64,000 nt of DNA. Source: Pseudomonadota bacterium. GTDB taxonomy: Bacteria; Pseudomonadota; Gammaproteobacteria; Acidiferrobacterales; UBA6901. Location: assembly GCA_021785515.1 (NCBI GenBank), contig JAJYEX010000006.1, positions 100,251 to 164,250 on the forward strand, read 5' to 3'. Below are positions 33,081-44,200 of the stretch, one piece after another. Made by a program: the position numbers and the translations under genes. Under the pieces are notes generated by a model. That model had not been told where the DNA came from, searched no databases, and saw only the letters and a list, made by a program, of their open reading frames with translations. Numbering within the stretch: position 1 is the stretch's first letter; the number at the start of each line of letters is the position of its first letter.

Positions 33081-34817
33081 TCACTGCGGATCGTGGGGCT
33101 GCTCCGGAGTGCGGTACATTTCCTCGATCTCCCTGGCAAAGTGCTCCTCGATCCTGCGCCGGCGCAATTTGAGCGTCGGCGTCAGCAGCTGATTCTCGAC
33201 AGTCCAGGGCTCGGTGACCCGGGCGATGTGGCGCACCCTGGCGTATCCGGGAAAGCTCCGCAGCCGGTCATTGGCCCGCTGGCACAGGACGCGCTCATCG
33301 GCCAGCTCGCTGACCACCAGCAGCCCGAGATGAGGCCGACCCTCGCCTACCACCATCACCTGCTGGAACACCGGATCGAGCAGGATCATCTGTTCAGCGT
33401 CCGCCGGCGGGATTTTTTCCCCGTTGCTAAGCACGATAATTTCCTTGGCACGACCCACGATGTAAATCCGTCCATCCTTGATGTGCGCCAGGTCTCCCGT
33501 ATGCAGCCAGCCGTCGGCGTCGATCATGGCGGCGGTAGCCGCGGCATTGTTCCAGTAACCCAGCATCACCTGAGGGCCGCGCGCCAGCAGTTCGCCGCTG
33601 TCGAGCGTTCTGACCTCGACCCCAGCGATCGGCCGGCCTACGGACGTCGGATCGTTGTCGCCGAGGCGATTGCAGCTCACGACCGGCGAGAACTCAGTAA
33701 GACCATATCCCTGCAACAGGGGTAGACCGAGGCCGAGAAACGTGCGTGAAAGCTGGGGCACCAGGGCCGCGGCGCCGGAAACAATCAGACGCATGCGACC
33801 ACCGAGATGGCCGCGCAGCTTGCGGCCAACCAGCGCGTCCAGCACCGGCCACAGCAGGCGGTCGCGCACGCGCAACTGTCCAGTGAACCGCCGCCATCCG
33901 ACATCGACTGACATGTCGAACAGGCGTCGGCGAAACGAACCTGCCGGCAGATTCTCCTGCATGCGTGCATAGATGCGCTCGAAGATCCGCGGTACGCACA
34001 CCATAAGCGTCGGACGCTGGCTCAGCAGGTCCTCGGAGAGCTGCGGTATGCCACGCGCAAAAACGGTGAGGGCCCCGACGCAGACTGCCATATAGTAGCC
34101 AACGGTACGCTCGAACATGTGTGAGAGCGGCAGAAACGACAGAAAGACGTCGTCCGCAGCGACACTGGGCACGGCATCGAGGCTGGTGCTCATGTCGCTG
34201 ACGATGTTACGGTGGCTCAGCATCACGCCCTTGGGCCGCCCGGTTGTCCCTGAGGTATACACCAGGGTCGCCAGATCCGCGGGTTGTGCCGGACCGGATT
34301 CCGGTAATTCACCCTCGGCCGGTAACCATGCGGACAGGGCTACTGCGGTTGCGTCACCCGCCGGCGCATTGTTGACGCAGACCACGCGCATAAGCGCCGG
34401 CAACTGTCCGTGTAGGCTGCGCCACAGTTGACCATCTTCGAGGAGAAGAAGGCGCACGCCGGCGTCATCCATGCACCAGGCCATGTTATCCGGCCTGTCG
34501 TTGTAGAACAGTGGTACCACCACCAACCCGAGGCCCAGGGCCGCCTGGTCGAACAGCACCCACTCGATCCGGTTTCGCATGCACAGCGCCACCCGGTCTC
34601 CAGGTCTGAGACCTTCGCTGCGCAGCGCCACCCGCCAGCGTCCCACTTCGACCCCTGCCTGCGCCCAGGTAATATCTTGCCAACACCCCCGGTTTTCATC
34701 GTCCGGCGCGTCCGGGTCCGGATGATGCTGGCGGTAGGCCGGCACGTCCGGCGTATCGGCGATGCGCGCCAGAAACAGCTCCGGCAAGGTCGTTCGCTCG
34801 GTGACCGGAATCCGCAT
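33081..34817 (-). CDS. Long-chain fatty acyl-CoA synthetase (AMP-dependent)
   Basis: YTSGTTGRPKGV, LPLSHMFER, QGYGLTE, WLHTGDL, LTPTLKLRR. Confidence 0.93.
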   Translation of the reverse strand: MRIPVTERTTLPELFLARIADTPDVPAYRQHHPDPDAPDDENRGCWQDITWAQAGVEVGRWRVALRSEGLRPGDRVALCMRNRIEWVLFDQAALGLGLVVVPLFYNDRPDNMAWCMDDAGVRLLLLEDGQLWRSLHGQLPALMRVVCVNNAPAGDATAVALSAWLPAEGELPESGPAQPADLATLVYTSGTTGRPKGVMLSHRNIVSDMSTSLDAVPSVAADDVFLSFLPLSHMFERTVGYYMAVCVGALTVFARGIPQLSEDLLSQRPTLMVCVPRIFERIYARMQENLPAGSFRRRLFDMSVDVGWRRFTGQLRVRDRLLWPVLDALVGRKLRGHLGGRMRLIVSGAAALVPQLSRTFLGLGLPLLQGYGLTEFSPVVSCNRLGDNDPTSVGRPIAGVEVRTLDSGELLARGPQVMLGYWNNAAATAAMIDADGWLHTGDLAHIKDGRIYIVGRAKEIIVLSNGEKIPPADAEQMILLDPVFQQVMVVGEGRPHLGLLVVSELADERVLCQRANDRLRSFPGYARVRHIARVTEPWTVENQLLTPTLKLRRRRIEEHFAREIEEMYRTPEQPHDPQ

Positions 34818-34818
34818 G

Positions 34819-36864
34819 CTAGGCCTGCGACCCGGCGTCACGGGTGAAGAGATCAGACCTCCCCCACGCCTCATCGGGTTCGAAACGGGGCCCGTATTCC
34901 TGCGCCAACCGCCGCAGACTGCTGGAGATGCCAACCTCGCCCAGCGCTTCAGCGTAGCGCATGGGCCCGCCGAGATAAGGGGCAAAACCGGTACCGAAAA
35001 CCATGCCTGCATCAACCGCGTCGAGATTATCCACTACCCCTTCGCGCACACAGGCGACGGCTTCGTTCAGCATACGCAGGATAAGTCTTTCGGTGACGGG
35101 CAGGTCGCTGTGCCCGCGAACCGGGCGGCGCCGTGGCTTGCCGGACTTGTCGTAGGCATAAAAACCTTTTCCGGACTTTTTTCCGAGATCGCCGCGACCA
35201 ACCGTCTCACGCAGACGTTCGGGCACCGGAATACCGAGCGGACCGGAAAGCATCTCCGCCACCGACAGGCAGATATCGAGGCCGACGGTGTCAGCCAGCA
35301 GCACCGGGCCCATCGGCATGCCGAAGCGGGTCGCGGCATCATCGATCTCCTCGATGGCGACACCTTCCTGCGACAGCATCATCGCCTCGATGAGATAGGG
35401 CATCAGTACACGGTTCACCAGGAATCCCGGGCTGCTCCGGACATCCAGCGGCATCCGGTCTATGGCGACAGTAAACGCCCGGGCACGCTCCACCGACGAG
35501 TCACTGGTCTGCCGGCCACGCACGATTTCGACCAGCTGCATCTGCGCTACCGGATTGAAGAAATGCAGTCCCACCAGACGCGAAGGATCGCGCAGGGCTT
35601 CGCCCAGTACTTCCAGGGGGATACTTGAGGTGTTGGTGGCCAGCAGCGTCTCCGGTCGCACCCTTCGCTCGATGTCGCGAAGCAATTCACACTTGGTAGC
35701 CGCCTTCTCCACGATCGCCTCGATAACGAGATCGGCCCGCCCCAGTCCGTTGCCATCGAGGTCGGGCATCAACCGGTCCATGGCGTCCTGGATTGCCACC
35801 GGCTTTTTGAGTTTTTTCCGATAGAATCCATAGGCCTTCTTGATCGTTCCGGCCAGAGCCTCTGGCCGCTGGTCCTGCAGGCTGACACGAAAGCCCCTGG
35901 ACGCAGCCCAGATGGCGATGTCACCACCCATGATACCGGCACCCACAACATGGACATGGGCCACACCGTGCGGCTGCCGGCGTCCCTGGCGTTTTAGCTT
36001 CTCGCCGAGCAGAAAAATGCTCACCAGGTTCCTGCTGGTGCGCCCAACCATCAACTCACTCAGCGATCGCGCCTCCTCTTCCTGCGACGCGCCTCGGCGC
36101 CAGAGCTCAAGCGCCCGATAGGGGGCGGGATAATGGTCGGGATTGACCTTTTTCCGCAGCTGCCGCTGCAGCAGGCGCGTCACCGGTTTGCGCAACGGCG
36201 ACCAGGCGGGTACCCGTTTCCACCAGGCCGCGCGACGCTGCCGGGGATGGCGCGCGACGAATGCGTGCGCGGCACGGAGCAGATGTCTTTCGGGTACCGT
36301 CTCGTCAACCAGGCCGAGAGCACGCGCCTGGTGGGCGCTCACGGTGCGCCCCGACAGAATGAGGTCGAGCGCCGCCAGGTCACCAATGAGCGGTGGCAAG
36401 CGAACCGTTCCGGCAAAACCCGGATGGATTCCCAGCCGCACTTCTGGCAGACCCAGCCTGGTCGCATCGTCCTCGCGTGCGATACGATAGGTACAGGCAA
36501 GCGCAAGCTCCAAACCGCCGCCCAAACAGTGTCCGTGAATCAGCGCCACACTGGGATACGGCAAGCGGGCCAACCGGTTGAACACCGCCTGCCCAGCACC
36601 GGCAAGGGAAACTGCCTGCGCCATGTCCGAGATTTTTTGGAATTCATTGACATCCGCGCCTACGATGAAGCTGTTGGATTTGGCCGAACGGATAATCACA
36701 CCATTGAGCGGACGGCTTTCGATCTGAGCCAGGATGCGGTCAAATTCTGCGAGCACTTCTGCAGACAGTGCATTGGCTCGCTGGCCCGCCACGTCAAGCG
36801 TCAGCACGATGGTTTCGTCAACCTCCTCGCTGCGCCAGTGTACGGCGTCGATATCGGAGCTCAT
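34819..36864 (-). CDS. fadJ: Multifunctional enoyl-CoA hydratase/3-hydroxyacyl-CoA dehydrogenase (FadJ/FadB type)
   Basis: GGGLELALAC, LPEVRLGIHPG, GAGIMGGDIA, ATNTSS, HFFNPV, PGFLVNR; ATGA overlap with thiolase. Confidence 0.9.
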   Translation of the reverse strand: MSSDIDAVHWRSEEVDETIVLTLDVAGQRANALSAEVLAEFDRILAQIESRPLNGVIIRSAKSNSFIVGADVNEFQKISDMAQAVSLAGAGQAVFNRLARLPYPSVALIHGHCLGGGLELALACTYRIAREDDATRLGLPEVRLGIHPGFAGTVRLPPLIGDLAALDLILSGRTVSAHQARALGLVDETVPERHLLRAAHAFVARHPRQRRAAWWKRVPAWSPLRKPVTRLLQRQLRKKVNPDHYPAPYRALELWRRGASQEEEARSLSELMVGRTSRNLVSIFLLGEKLKRQGRRQPHGVAHVHVVGAGIMGGDIAIWAASRGFRVSLQDQRPEALAGTIKKAYGFYRKKLKKPVAIQDAMDRLMPDLDGNGLGRADLVIEAIVEKAATKCELLRDIERRVRPETLLATNTSSIPLEVLGEALRDPSRLVGLHFFNPVAQMQLVEIVRGRQTSDSSVERARAFTVAIDRMPLDVRSSPGFLVNRVLMPYLIEAMMLSQEGVAIEEIDDAATRFGMPMGPVLLADTVGLDICLSVAEMLSGPLGIPVPERLRETVGRGDLGKKSGKGFYAYDKSGKPRRRPVRGHSDLPVTERLILRMLNEAVACVREGVVDNLDAVDAGMVFGTGFAPYLGGPMRYAEALGEVGISSSLRRLAQEYGPRFEPDEAWGRSDLFTRDAGSQA

Positions 36865-38159
36865 TTCGGCTCTCCCTGAACACGCACGAGCATCGCGCCA
36901 CCCTGACCGCCACCGATACACAGCGTGGCGACGCCGAGCCCTCCGCCATGACGTCGCAGCGAGCGCAACAGGTGCAGGACAAGGCGCGCGCCGCTTGCTC
37001 CGACAGGGTGGCCGGTTGCGACCGCGCCGCCGTCGATGTTCAGACGCGATGGATCCATGGGGCCAGGAGGCGCGTCGAGGCCAAGTTCATCGCGGGCGTA
37101 CTCAGGACTCGCCCAGGCAGCCTGGCAGGCGAGAACCTGTGCTGCGAAAGCTTCGTTGAGCTCCATCTGCTGAATATCCCTCATCGCTAGGCCGAAACGG
37201 CCGAGCAGTTTCGACACTGCATGAACCGGACCGAGCCCCATCTGGGCTGGATCGACCCCAGCCCATTCATCGCCAAGAATCTCACCCAGCACCGGCAGAT
37301 TGTAACGCTGCACCGCGGCCTCGCTGGCCAGCACCAACATGGCTGCGCCGTCAGTCACCTGTGAACTGTTGCCGGAGGTCACGGAGCCGTACTTGCTGTC
37401 AAACACCGGCCGGAGTCTGGCCAACTGCTCCATGTCTGAATCCCGGCGCAGGCCGGTGTCTTCCTGATAGATGCGGCCGCGGCGATCGTACAGCGGCTCG
37501 ACCTCGCCGCGCATCTGCCCGGTGTCGTAGGCAGCGGCCAGACGCTGGTGGCTGCTCAGCGCGTAGGCATCCTGCTCTGCCCGGCTGATGTCGAAGCGGT
37601 GTGCAACAATCTCTGCCGTCTGTCCCATGTTCAATTTCACCAGAGGATCAGTCAGGCCGAGCAACAGTGTGTATACCGGCACCAGATGGGACAGACGGAA
37701 CCCGCCGATGGCCCGCAGACGCGCAATGGGATTGCGCGCCCGCATGACCGCGGACAGCCAGCCCACCATGGCAGTGTTCCACTGGATCGGCGCGTGACTC
37801 ATCGCCTCGGTGCCACCAGCCAGCACCAGATGCGACCGTCCCTGGGCGATGCGTTCGCGCGCGGTCGCCAGCGCCTGCAGCCCGGAAGCACAATTGCGCT
37901 GGACGGTGAACGCAGGAACGGTCTTGCCGCATCCCAGGCGCAGCCCGATAATGCGTGCGATATTCGCTTCGTCCGGTGCCGGAATCACACAGCCGACGAT
38001 GATCTCATCGATGTGGTCCGGCGCAAACGGCGCGCGCGCCAGCAACGGGCGGGCAGCAGCCACCGCCAGATCGCCGGCACTGAACTCGTTCGCCTGGCCG
38101 CGCGCCTTCAGAAATGGCGTGCGTGCACCGTCGATGACGTAAACCTTCGCATCCGACAT
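36861..38159 (-). CDS. fadI: 3-ketoacyl-CoA thiolase (FadI type)
   Basis: RNCASG, NEAFAAQ, GHPVGASGAR, CIGGGQG. Confidence 0.9.
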   Translation of the reverse strand: MSDAKVYVIDGARTPFLKARGQANEFSAGDLAVAAARPLLARAPFAPDHIDEIIVGCVIPAPDEANIARIIGLRLGCGKTVPAFTVQRNCASGLQALATARERIAQGRSHLVLAGGTEAMSHAPIQWNTAMVGWLSAVMRARNPIARLRAIGGFRLSHLVPVYTLLLGLTDPLVKLNMGQTAEIVAHRFDISRAEQDAYALSSHQRLAAAYDTGQMRGEVEPLYDRRGRIYQEDTGLRRDSDMEQLARLRPVFDSKYGSVTSGNSSQVTDGAAMLVLASEAAVQRYNLPVLGEILGDEWAGVDPAQMGLGPVHAVSKLLGRFGLAMRDIQQMELNEAFAAQVLACQAAWASPEYARDELGLDAPPGPMDPSRLNIDGGAVATGHPVGASGARLVLHLLRSLRRHGGGLGVATLCIGGGQGGAMLVRVQGEPK

Positions 38160-38271
38160 AGTGGTCTCCAAAAAATTCTCCGCGCGACGAAAAGCTGTCG
38201 CTGATGCTGCTTGTTGTTATCAAAATAAAACATGCCTCACAGACCCGCCCGCGATTTGCAGTAGCTGGATA

Positions 38272-41200
38272 CTATGACCCCGGACGTCGCCTGCCGCCAA
38301 ACCCTTCGCCGTCAGACGCGAGGTCGCCGTGGGTCCCCAGCCGCTGCAGCAGCACCGGCACCCATTCTTCGATCGCACCCACACAGCGGATCACCTGCGG
38401 CCCCGGATTCTGGTGGGACCAGCTAAAGATGGGCGCGCCCGGATCGCGGTTTATGGCCACCACCACCGCGCCCGGATCGATCCAGCCCATGTGTTGGGGA
38501 GCCCCGGATATGCCCAGTGCCACCAGCAGCGCAGGCGCCACCCGCACACCGGTCTGGCCGATCTGCCGGTCAACCGGCAGCAGCTTGAGCTCCTGGGTAA
38601 CCTTGCGGCTTGCCCCCAGCTCCACGTTCGTCCCGCTCAGCCGCGCGAGTGCCGCACACAACGGCGGCACCAACTGCGGGTAATCCGGCCGGCTCGCGGC
38701 GCCAAGACCAACGTCGACGATTAGTCTGGCTGTGGGCAGGCCTGCGGGCGGCTGGTCATGGCTGCGCGCCAGCGCCGGACTGCGCAGGCGCTCCACGGGC
38801 AAGCGGCTCACCGGGATCACGGCCGATGGCGATGCGCCGAGCGTCGGTCCACTGTATCCCCGACCGACTACCAGCACGGCTGCATCCGGAAGGGGATATT
38901 CCACCTCGTAGCCGTCACTGGAGCAGGTTACGACCCGCGGGCTTATACCGCTTACCCCGTCCAAAAACCTTAGCCCGAGGCGAGCGGCGAGCACCGCCCC
39001 AAGCGCACCGTGTTCCGCATCGAGGATCAGACGACGCGACGCACCCAGCTGGCCGGCCAACAACCCAGCCAGCGCCGCCGGCAGTGCTTCCCCGTTTATC
39101 GGCAGCTGCCACAGACCCCTGAATCCCGGCTGGGCCAGAAGCGCTGCGGGTGCGGGAGGCGTAGCGGCGGCGGAATGCCATGCCAGCACACCGAAACTGA
39201 TACCGAGCCCGGCAAGCACCTGCAATGCTGGTGCCCGACCGGCACCTGCCAGCGTGTCTGTCGAGGTCAACCACAGCGTGCCGTCGGGCAGTGGTGAATT
39301 CCCAGGACGGGTGGCCGCTGCCCGGTCCGATGTGGCGCCAGCACCGAAGCGCTTCTGCAACCACGCGGCCAGTTCATTGGCATCGGCAAATTGCTGAGGG
39401 AGGTCCGTACCAGGAGGCGGCGCCTGGGACCGCACGGCGGTGGGCGCCAACCCCCCGGCCACCTCGGCACGTGGCACTGGCTCCCGCAAGGCCGCCAGCC
39501 AGCTACGCACGCTGTAGCGCGTGGCCCGATCTCCTGGTTTCAGATCCCAGGCCAGAGCTATGCGGCGCGCGTCGGCCGCATAGCGCCGCCGCCAAGACGC
39601 GTCGTCGAGCCAGAGTCCGCGTCTGCGCAAACCGATGGCCGTCACATTTTTTACCAAAACCGCGGCAATTGACTCGGACATGCCGGAAACGAAAGCCGCG
39701 TCTCCGGCACTGGCCGCGGAACAGCCCAGCGCCCAGCGCCCGAGTGCCGGCCAGACACCCAGAATTACGCTAGCGGCATCGGACGCCGAAACGGGGCCAG
39801 CGGGTTGGACGACATGCAGGACTTCAGCACCCGCGGCCTGCAGCCGGCGCAAGGAGTCCGCGATGCCGGGCGGTCCGATCGCAGCAATCTTCACCCGCAT
39901 GGACGAACACCCATCGGACCAGCACAGCATCCTGTCGAGCACTGCCAAATCGGCAGAATTCCATCCGGCCCATTCGAGGCGGCCCCCCACGGGCTCAAAG
40001 CGGCTGCGCAGCACCACGCCCCAGTCCCCCACTAACGCACCGACAGCGACGGGCTCGTCTTCGGCGCTTCCGGTCCGGGACAGCGCTGCCCGGGCCAGTG
40101 CCAGACCGGCGTCTGCCGGATCCGGACCTGCTCTGCGCTCGGCCCTGGCGAAATCCGCCTGTATCATGTCGGCCACTTCCCGCGCATGCCGGGCGATATC
40201 GGTTTCGCTGTCCCGCAGGCGGGCGATGTTCTCCCGGTCTGCGGGGTCCCCCAGAGATTCCAGCAACCGGACGCGTTCGTGCAGCGCTGCCCAGCCGTAA
40301 AGTTCGGCTAGCCAGTCGACCACAGGAAACCAGCGCGCCTGCAGATCTGGATTCTGCCACAGACCGGAATCCAGCCCGGCCACGCGTGCCGCGGTGAATT
40401 GGCGAAACTTCTGCAGCGCCTGCTCGAGTTCGGCATTGTCGTGGACGGAGACAGCTGGCTCGCGCAGCAGCGCCGGAAGATCCTTCAATACGAGGAACCT
40501 TTGAACCTCGTTGGTGCCTTCGTAAATGTTCAGGATCCGTATATCGCGCCGCCACTTTTCCAGCATCACCTCGCAGGCAGCGGCGTCCGCGCCATACAGT
40601 GTATCCAGCCAGCCGAGAATGCGATGTGCCCCCTCGGAGGCGAGATACTTGGAAAGCGCTGCTTCAATCCGGAAATCTCCCTGCCGCAGGTCGGCCCGAT
40701 CCATCAGACCCATGAGGCGCGCGGCCAGTGTCTGCAGGCGGTCGCACTCCGCCTGGGCCGCGCCATGCAGCTGCGGATCCTTGCGCCACACTGGCAGGAA
40801 ATCCCGCAGTGCGCGTTCCGCGAGCGCTGCGCAACTCATAACGAGACCGCCGCGCCCGACGCTCAGCGTCTCGAGCGCGTTCACCTGGCCGTGGCCCGCG
40901 AAACCGATCATCTGGTCGGCGCTTACGCGCACCCGGTCGAGGGTGAGCTCATTGGTGGGCGACGCGCGCTGGCCAAGCTTGTTTTCATTCGGACCGATAT
41001 GCAAACCTTCTGAACGCCGCTCCAGCATGAAGCCGGTCTCGCCGAATCCGGTCTGCGCATACAGGCAATAGCGATCGGCGACCGAACCGTTGGTTATCCA
41101 CATCTTGTTTCCCGACAGCTCCCAGTAGCGATAGCAGGCCTTGCCGTTACGGACGACAATCGTTCCGATATCGTCGTAGGGATAGGTATGATCGCCCGTG

Positions 41201-44200
41201 CGTATCTGGCGTCGCCCGCAATTGCGCGCCATGTCCCAGTCGCTGTCGTCGAGACTGGCCAGGCGGCCATCCGGCAAGCGGAAAAACGGGCGGCGGCGCT
41301 CGAATACCAGACGCTGCGCATCCAGCAGCAGGCGCGGTTTTCCGTCCACGTTGAACCGGTACAGGCCGTGCTCGTCCTGCTGCACCTCCGCCTCCCTCAG
41401 TAATGCGCGCGTCTGGATGCCGCCGGTGTCGGAACCGGCTGCCGGCTCGGTCAGCGCAAAGGCGCTGATCTGCCCGCAGGCGAGAAACTGCAGAAAGCGC
41501 TGATGGGCGCCGGTGCGCGCCTCGATTTCGCCCTGCTCGTCCGCGAGCCGTGCCCGGGCCTGCGGCAGACCGTCGCGAGCGCGCTGCAGACAGTCGGCCA
41601 GCGCCCTGAGGTCACTGGCCTTGGCCGCCGCCACAGTCTGCTGCACCAGCTGCAGAAAATCGCGCACCAGGTACTTCAGCGTCGAACCCGGAAAGAGAAA
41701 CAGGCGCTGCACCAGCGCCCCGGTATGCTCCAGCGCACGCCGGAGCGCACCACGCTCGGGACGCTCCACTATCCGGATCAGCCGGTCCAGGCCGTCCTGC
41801 AGCGACTGCCACCCGGCCGTATCGGCCAGGCACCCGGACGTCTCCTGCCGCAGCCGCGGCAGATCCTTTTCGAGCCCGAGCAGCACGGGCATGGTGCCAA
41901 TGCTGGTGCTGGCCATGATCAACAGGCCGGTGGCCGTGTCCTTTTCGGCCATGCACAGATTGGTAAGCACCGAGTATTGCGCCTTGCTCCAGTTCTTCCC
42001 TCCGAATACTTCCGGCACGATGGTGGCAAAGGCGTTGAAATCACGCAGCAACTGGATGTCGGCCGGCGGCATTCCGTGCATTTCGTCGATATAACGACCG
42101 TATGGCTGCTTGCGGTTCGGGCTGCGAAAGCCGCGACGCAACAGCCGCAGCACATCGGCGCGCGTACGACGCAACAGCGGGTCTCGGCGGAAATGCTCCG
42201 GGACGAGCAGGCTGTCCGGTGCAAGCAGCTGGCCGTTCAGGAAGCTGCCGCTGTGATAGGCGAACCGGACATGCGGCTTCCATCTGAGCGGGCGAACCGG
42301 CGCCGGCGGCCGGCGTTGAAGGATTGCGGCCCGGGGCGGTGCTAGCGCCCCCAAATGCTGGTGACTGTCTGCAAGGCAGGTCAGACTCTCGGATACGACG
42401 GGATCGACGTCGGATTCCGGTGCCCACTTGAGCACGCGCGCGCCGAAACCGGGATCGGTTTTGCCCAGCGCGCGGGATCCAGGCCACTGGCTGAACACGA
42501 TGGCGTCACGGTAACGCGGCGCCAGAATGTCCTCTTCGGAATAGGCCATGCCTCCGAACGCCTGTCCGGCGAGCCAAGGCACGGCGGTCATCCACGGACC
42601 CATGCACTCCCGCACCAGCAGTAACACCTGTTCCGGTTCACGTTCGCACCAGCAGCGCGCCAGACCGAGCAACGTGCAGGCGTATTCAATGCCTGCCAGC
42701 ATCTGCTTTACCGCTCCGAATTTTGCGATGCTCTCGCGGCCTTCACTGTCACGAAGTTCGCCGCGAAACTGGACGCGGGTCGATGCGTAATCCACCGCCC
42801 GACGACGCAGCTCGGCAGCCTGGCCGAGGGCCAGAGCCAAGCCAAGCTCTGCTGCCGCAGATGTGGCATGGAAACCGCCTGGATCCTGCTCCACGAGCCG
42901 ACGCACCGGCTGGGCGGCATCGGCACCAGCGCCGTGCGCAACCGCTCCCCCGGCATGCAGCACGCTCCCGTCAGCCGCTACAAGCACCTCGGCAACGGCC
43001 GGCAGCCAGTTCGAGCTTCCGTCTTCCTCGCGCCACAGCGGCGCTGCAATGAGATGTTCGATAGGCCGTCGTGCGCAGATTTCGGCCAGGTAATGTCCTG
43101 CGGCGATCCAGGCGAGGGCGCCTGACCAGGTAGCGAGCCATTCGACTGCGGTCGTACGGTGACTTCGCGCGGCGGCGATCCACGCACACAGGACGTTGCG
43201 GCTCCCCAAATCCCAGGGCGCCTGCGCCAGAGCCTTCAGCCTGTCTGCCGAGAAATACCGCTGCAGCTGCTCCCACTCATGCCGCCTACGCAGATCTGCG
43301 TGCACACCGGGTTCGCGCACACCGCGCGTGTCGACTGGCAACGCCCCGGCCTGCTCCAGCAGCGCCCGAGTTTCGCTTTCCATCCAGCCGTAGGCCTGAC
43401 GCTTAAGCCAGGCCTCGAGCCGCACCACCGTGGAATGCGTCAGTCCGCTTGCAGGAACCTCCCCCAACAGCCTTGCCCAGGCACGCGGCCATTCCGCCGT
43501 CACCATTGCCGGTCGGACACGCAACGAACAATACAGACGCTGCCAAGAGGTGATCTCCGATTGAATGAGATGGAGCGCGTCTTGCGGAGGCGGATCCAGG
43601 TTCGATGTCACGGAAGAATCCAGACCGCTGCGGCTATCCCCGGGCACCCGGTAGGCAAACCGGTGGCCGCTGGTGCGGTTCCAGTCCACGCCCGGCACCG
43701 TCACGCGACAGGATTCGCATTTGATGCAGTTTTCGTGCTGGCTCGCAACACCGCCGAGGCGGCCAGCCAGGCTGTAGACTTCGGCGGGACAGACGTTGCG
43801 CAACTGCCGGGCTGCGGAGCCAAGATCCACGGGAACCGTGATATGTCGCGGATCGGGCCGGTAACGCAGCAACGGAGCGATCCAGCCGGTGGGGGACAAG
43901 GGGCTGCGGTGGGCACCGCCCCAGTCCAGCTTCTCGCGCGCCTTCTCTTCATAACCGTGGTAGGGCAGCTGCTGCAGTGCCTGCAGGCGCAAACGGCCTG
44001 TGCGGTAGGCCGCAAGATCAGAGAGCAGTGCGGCACCGCCCGCCAATGCGCCGAGAGACAGGCGGGTAACCCGCGGCAGCACCAGCGGTGCGCGCACCAT
44101 GCTACGCCAGACCATCGCCACGCGGTCGGAAAATTCGGGCAGGCGTCGGCCATAGAAATGGCCGATCGCCTGAGCCGCCAGCTGCAGCAGCGGGTCGTTC

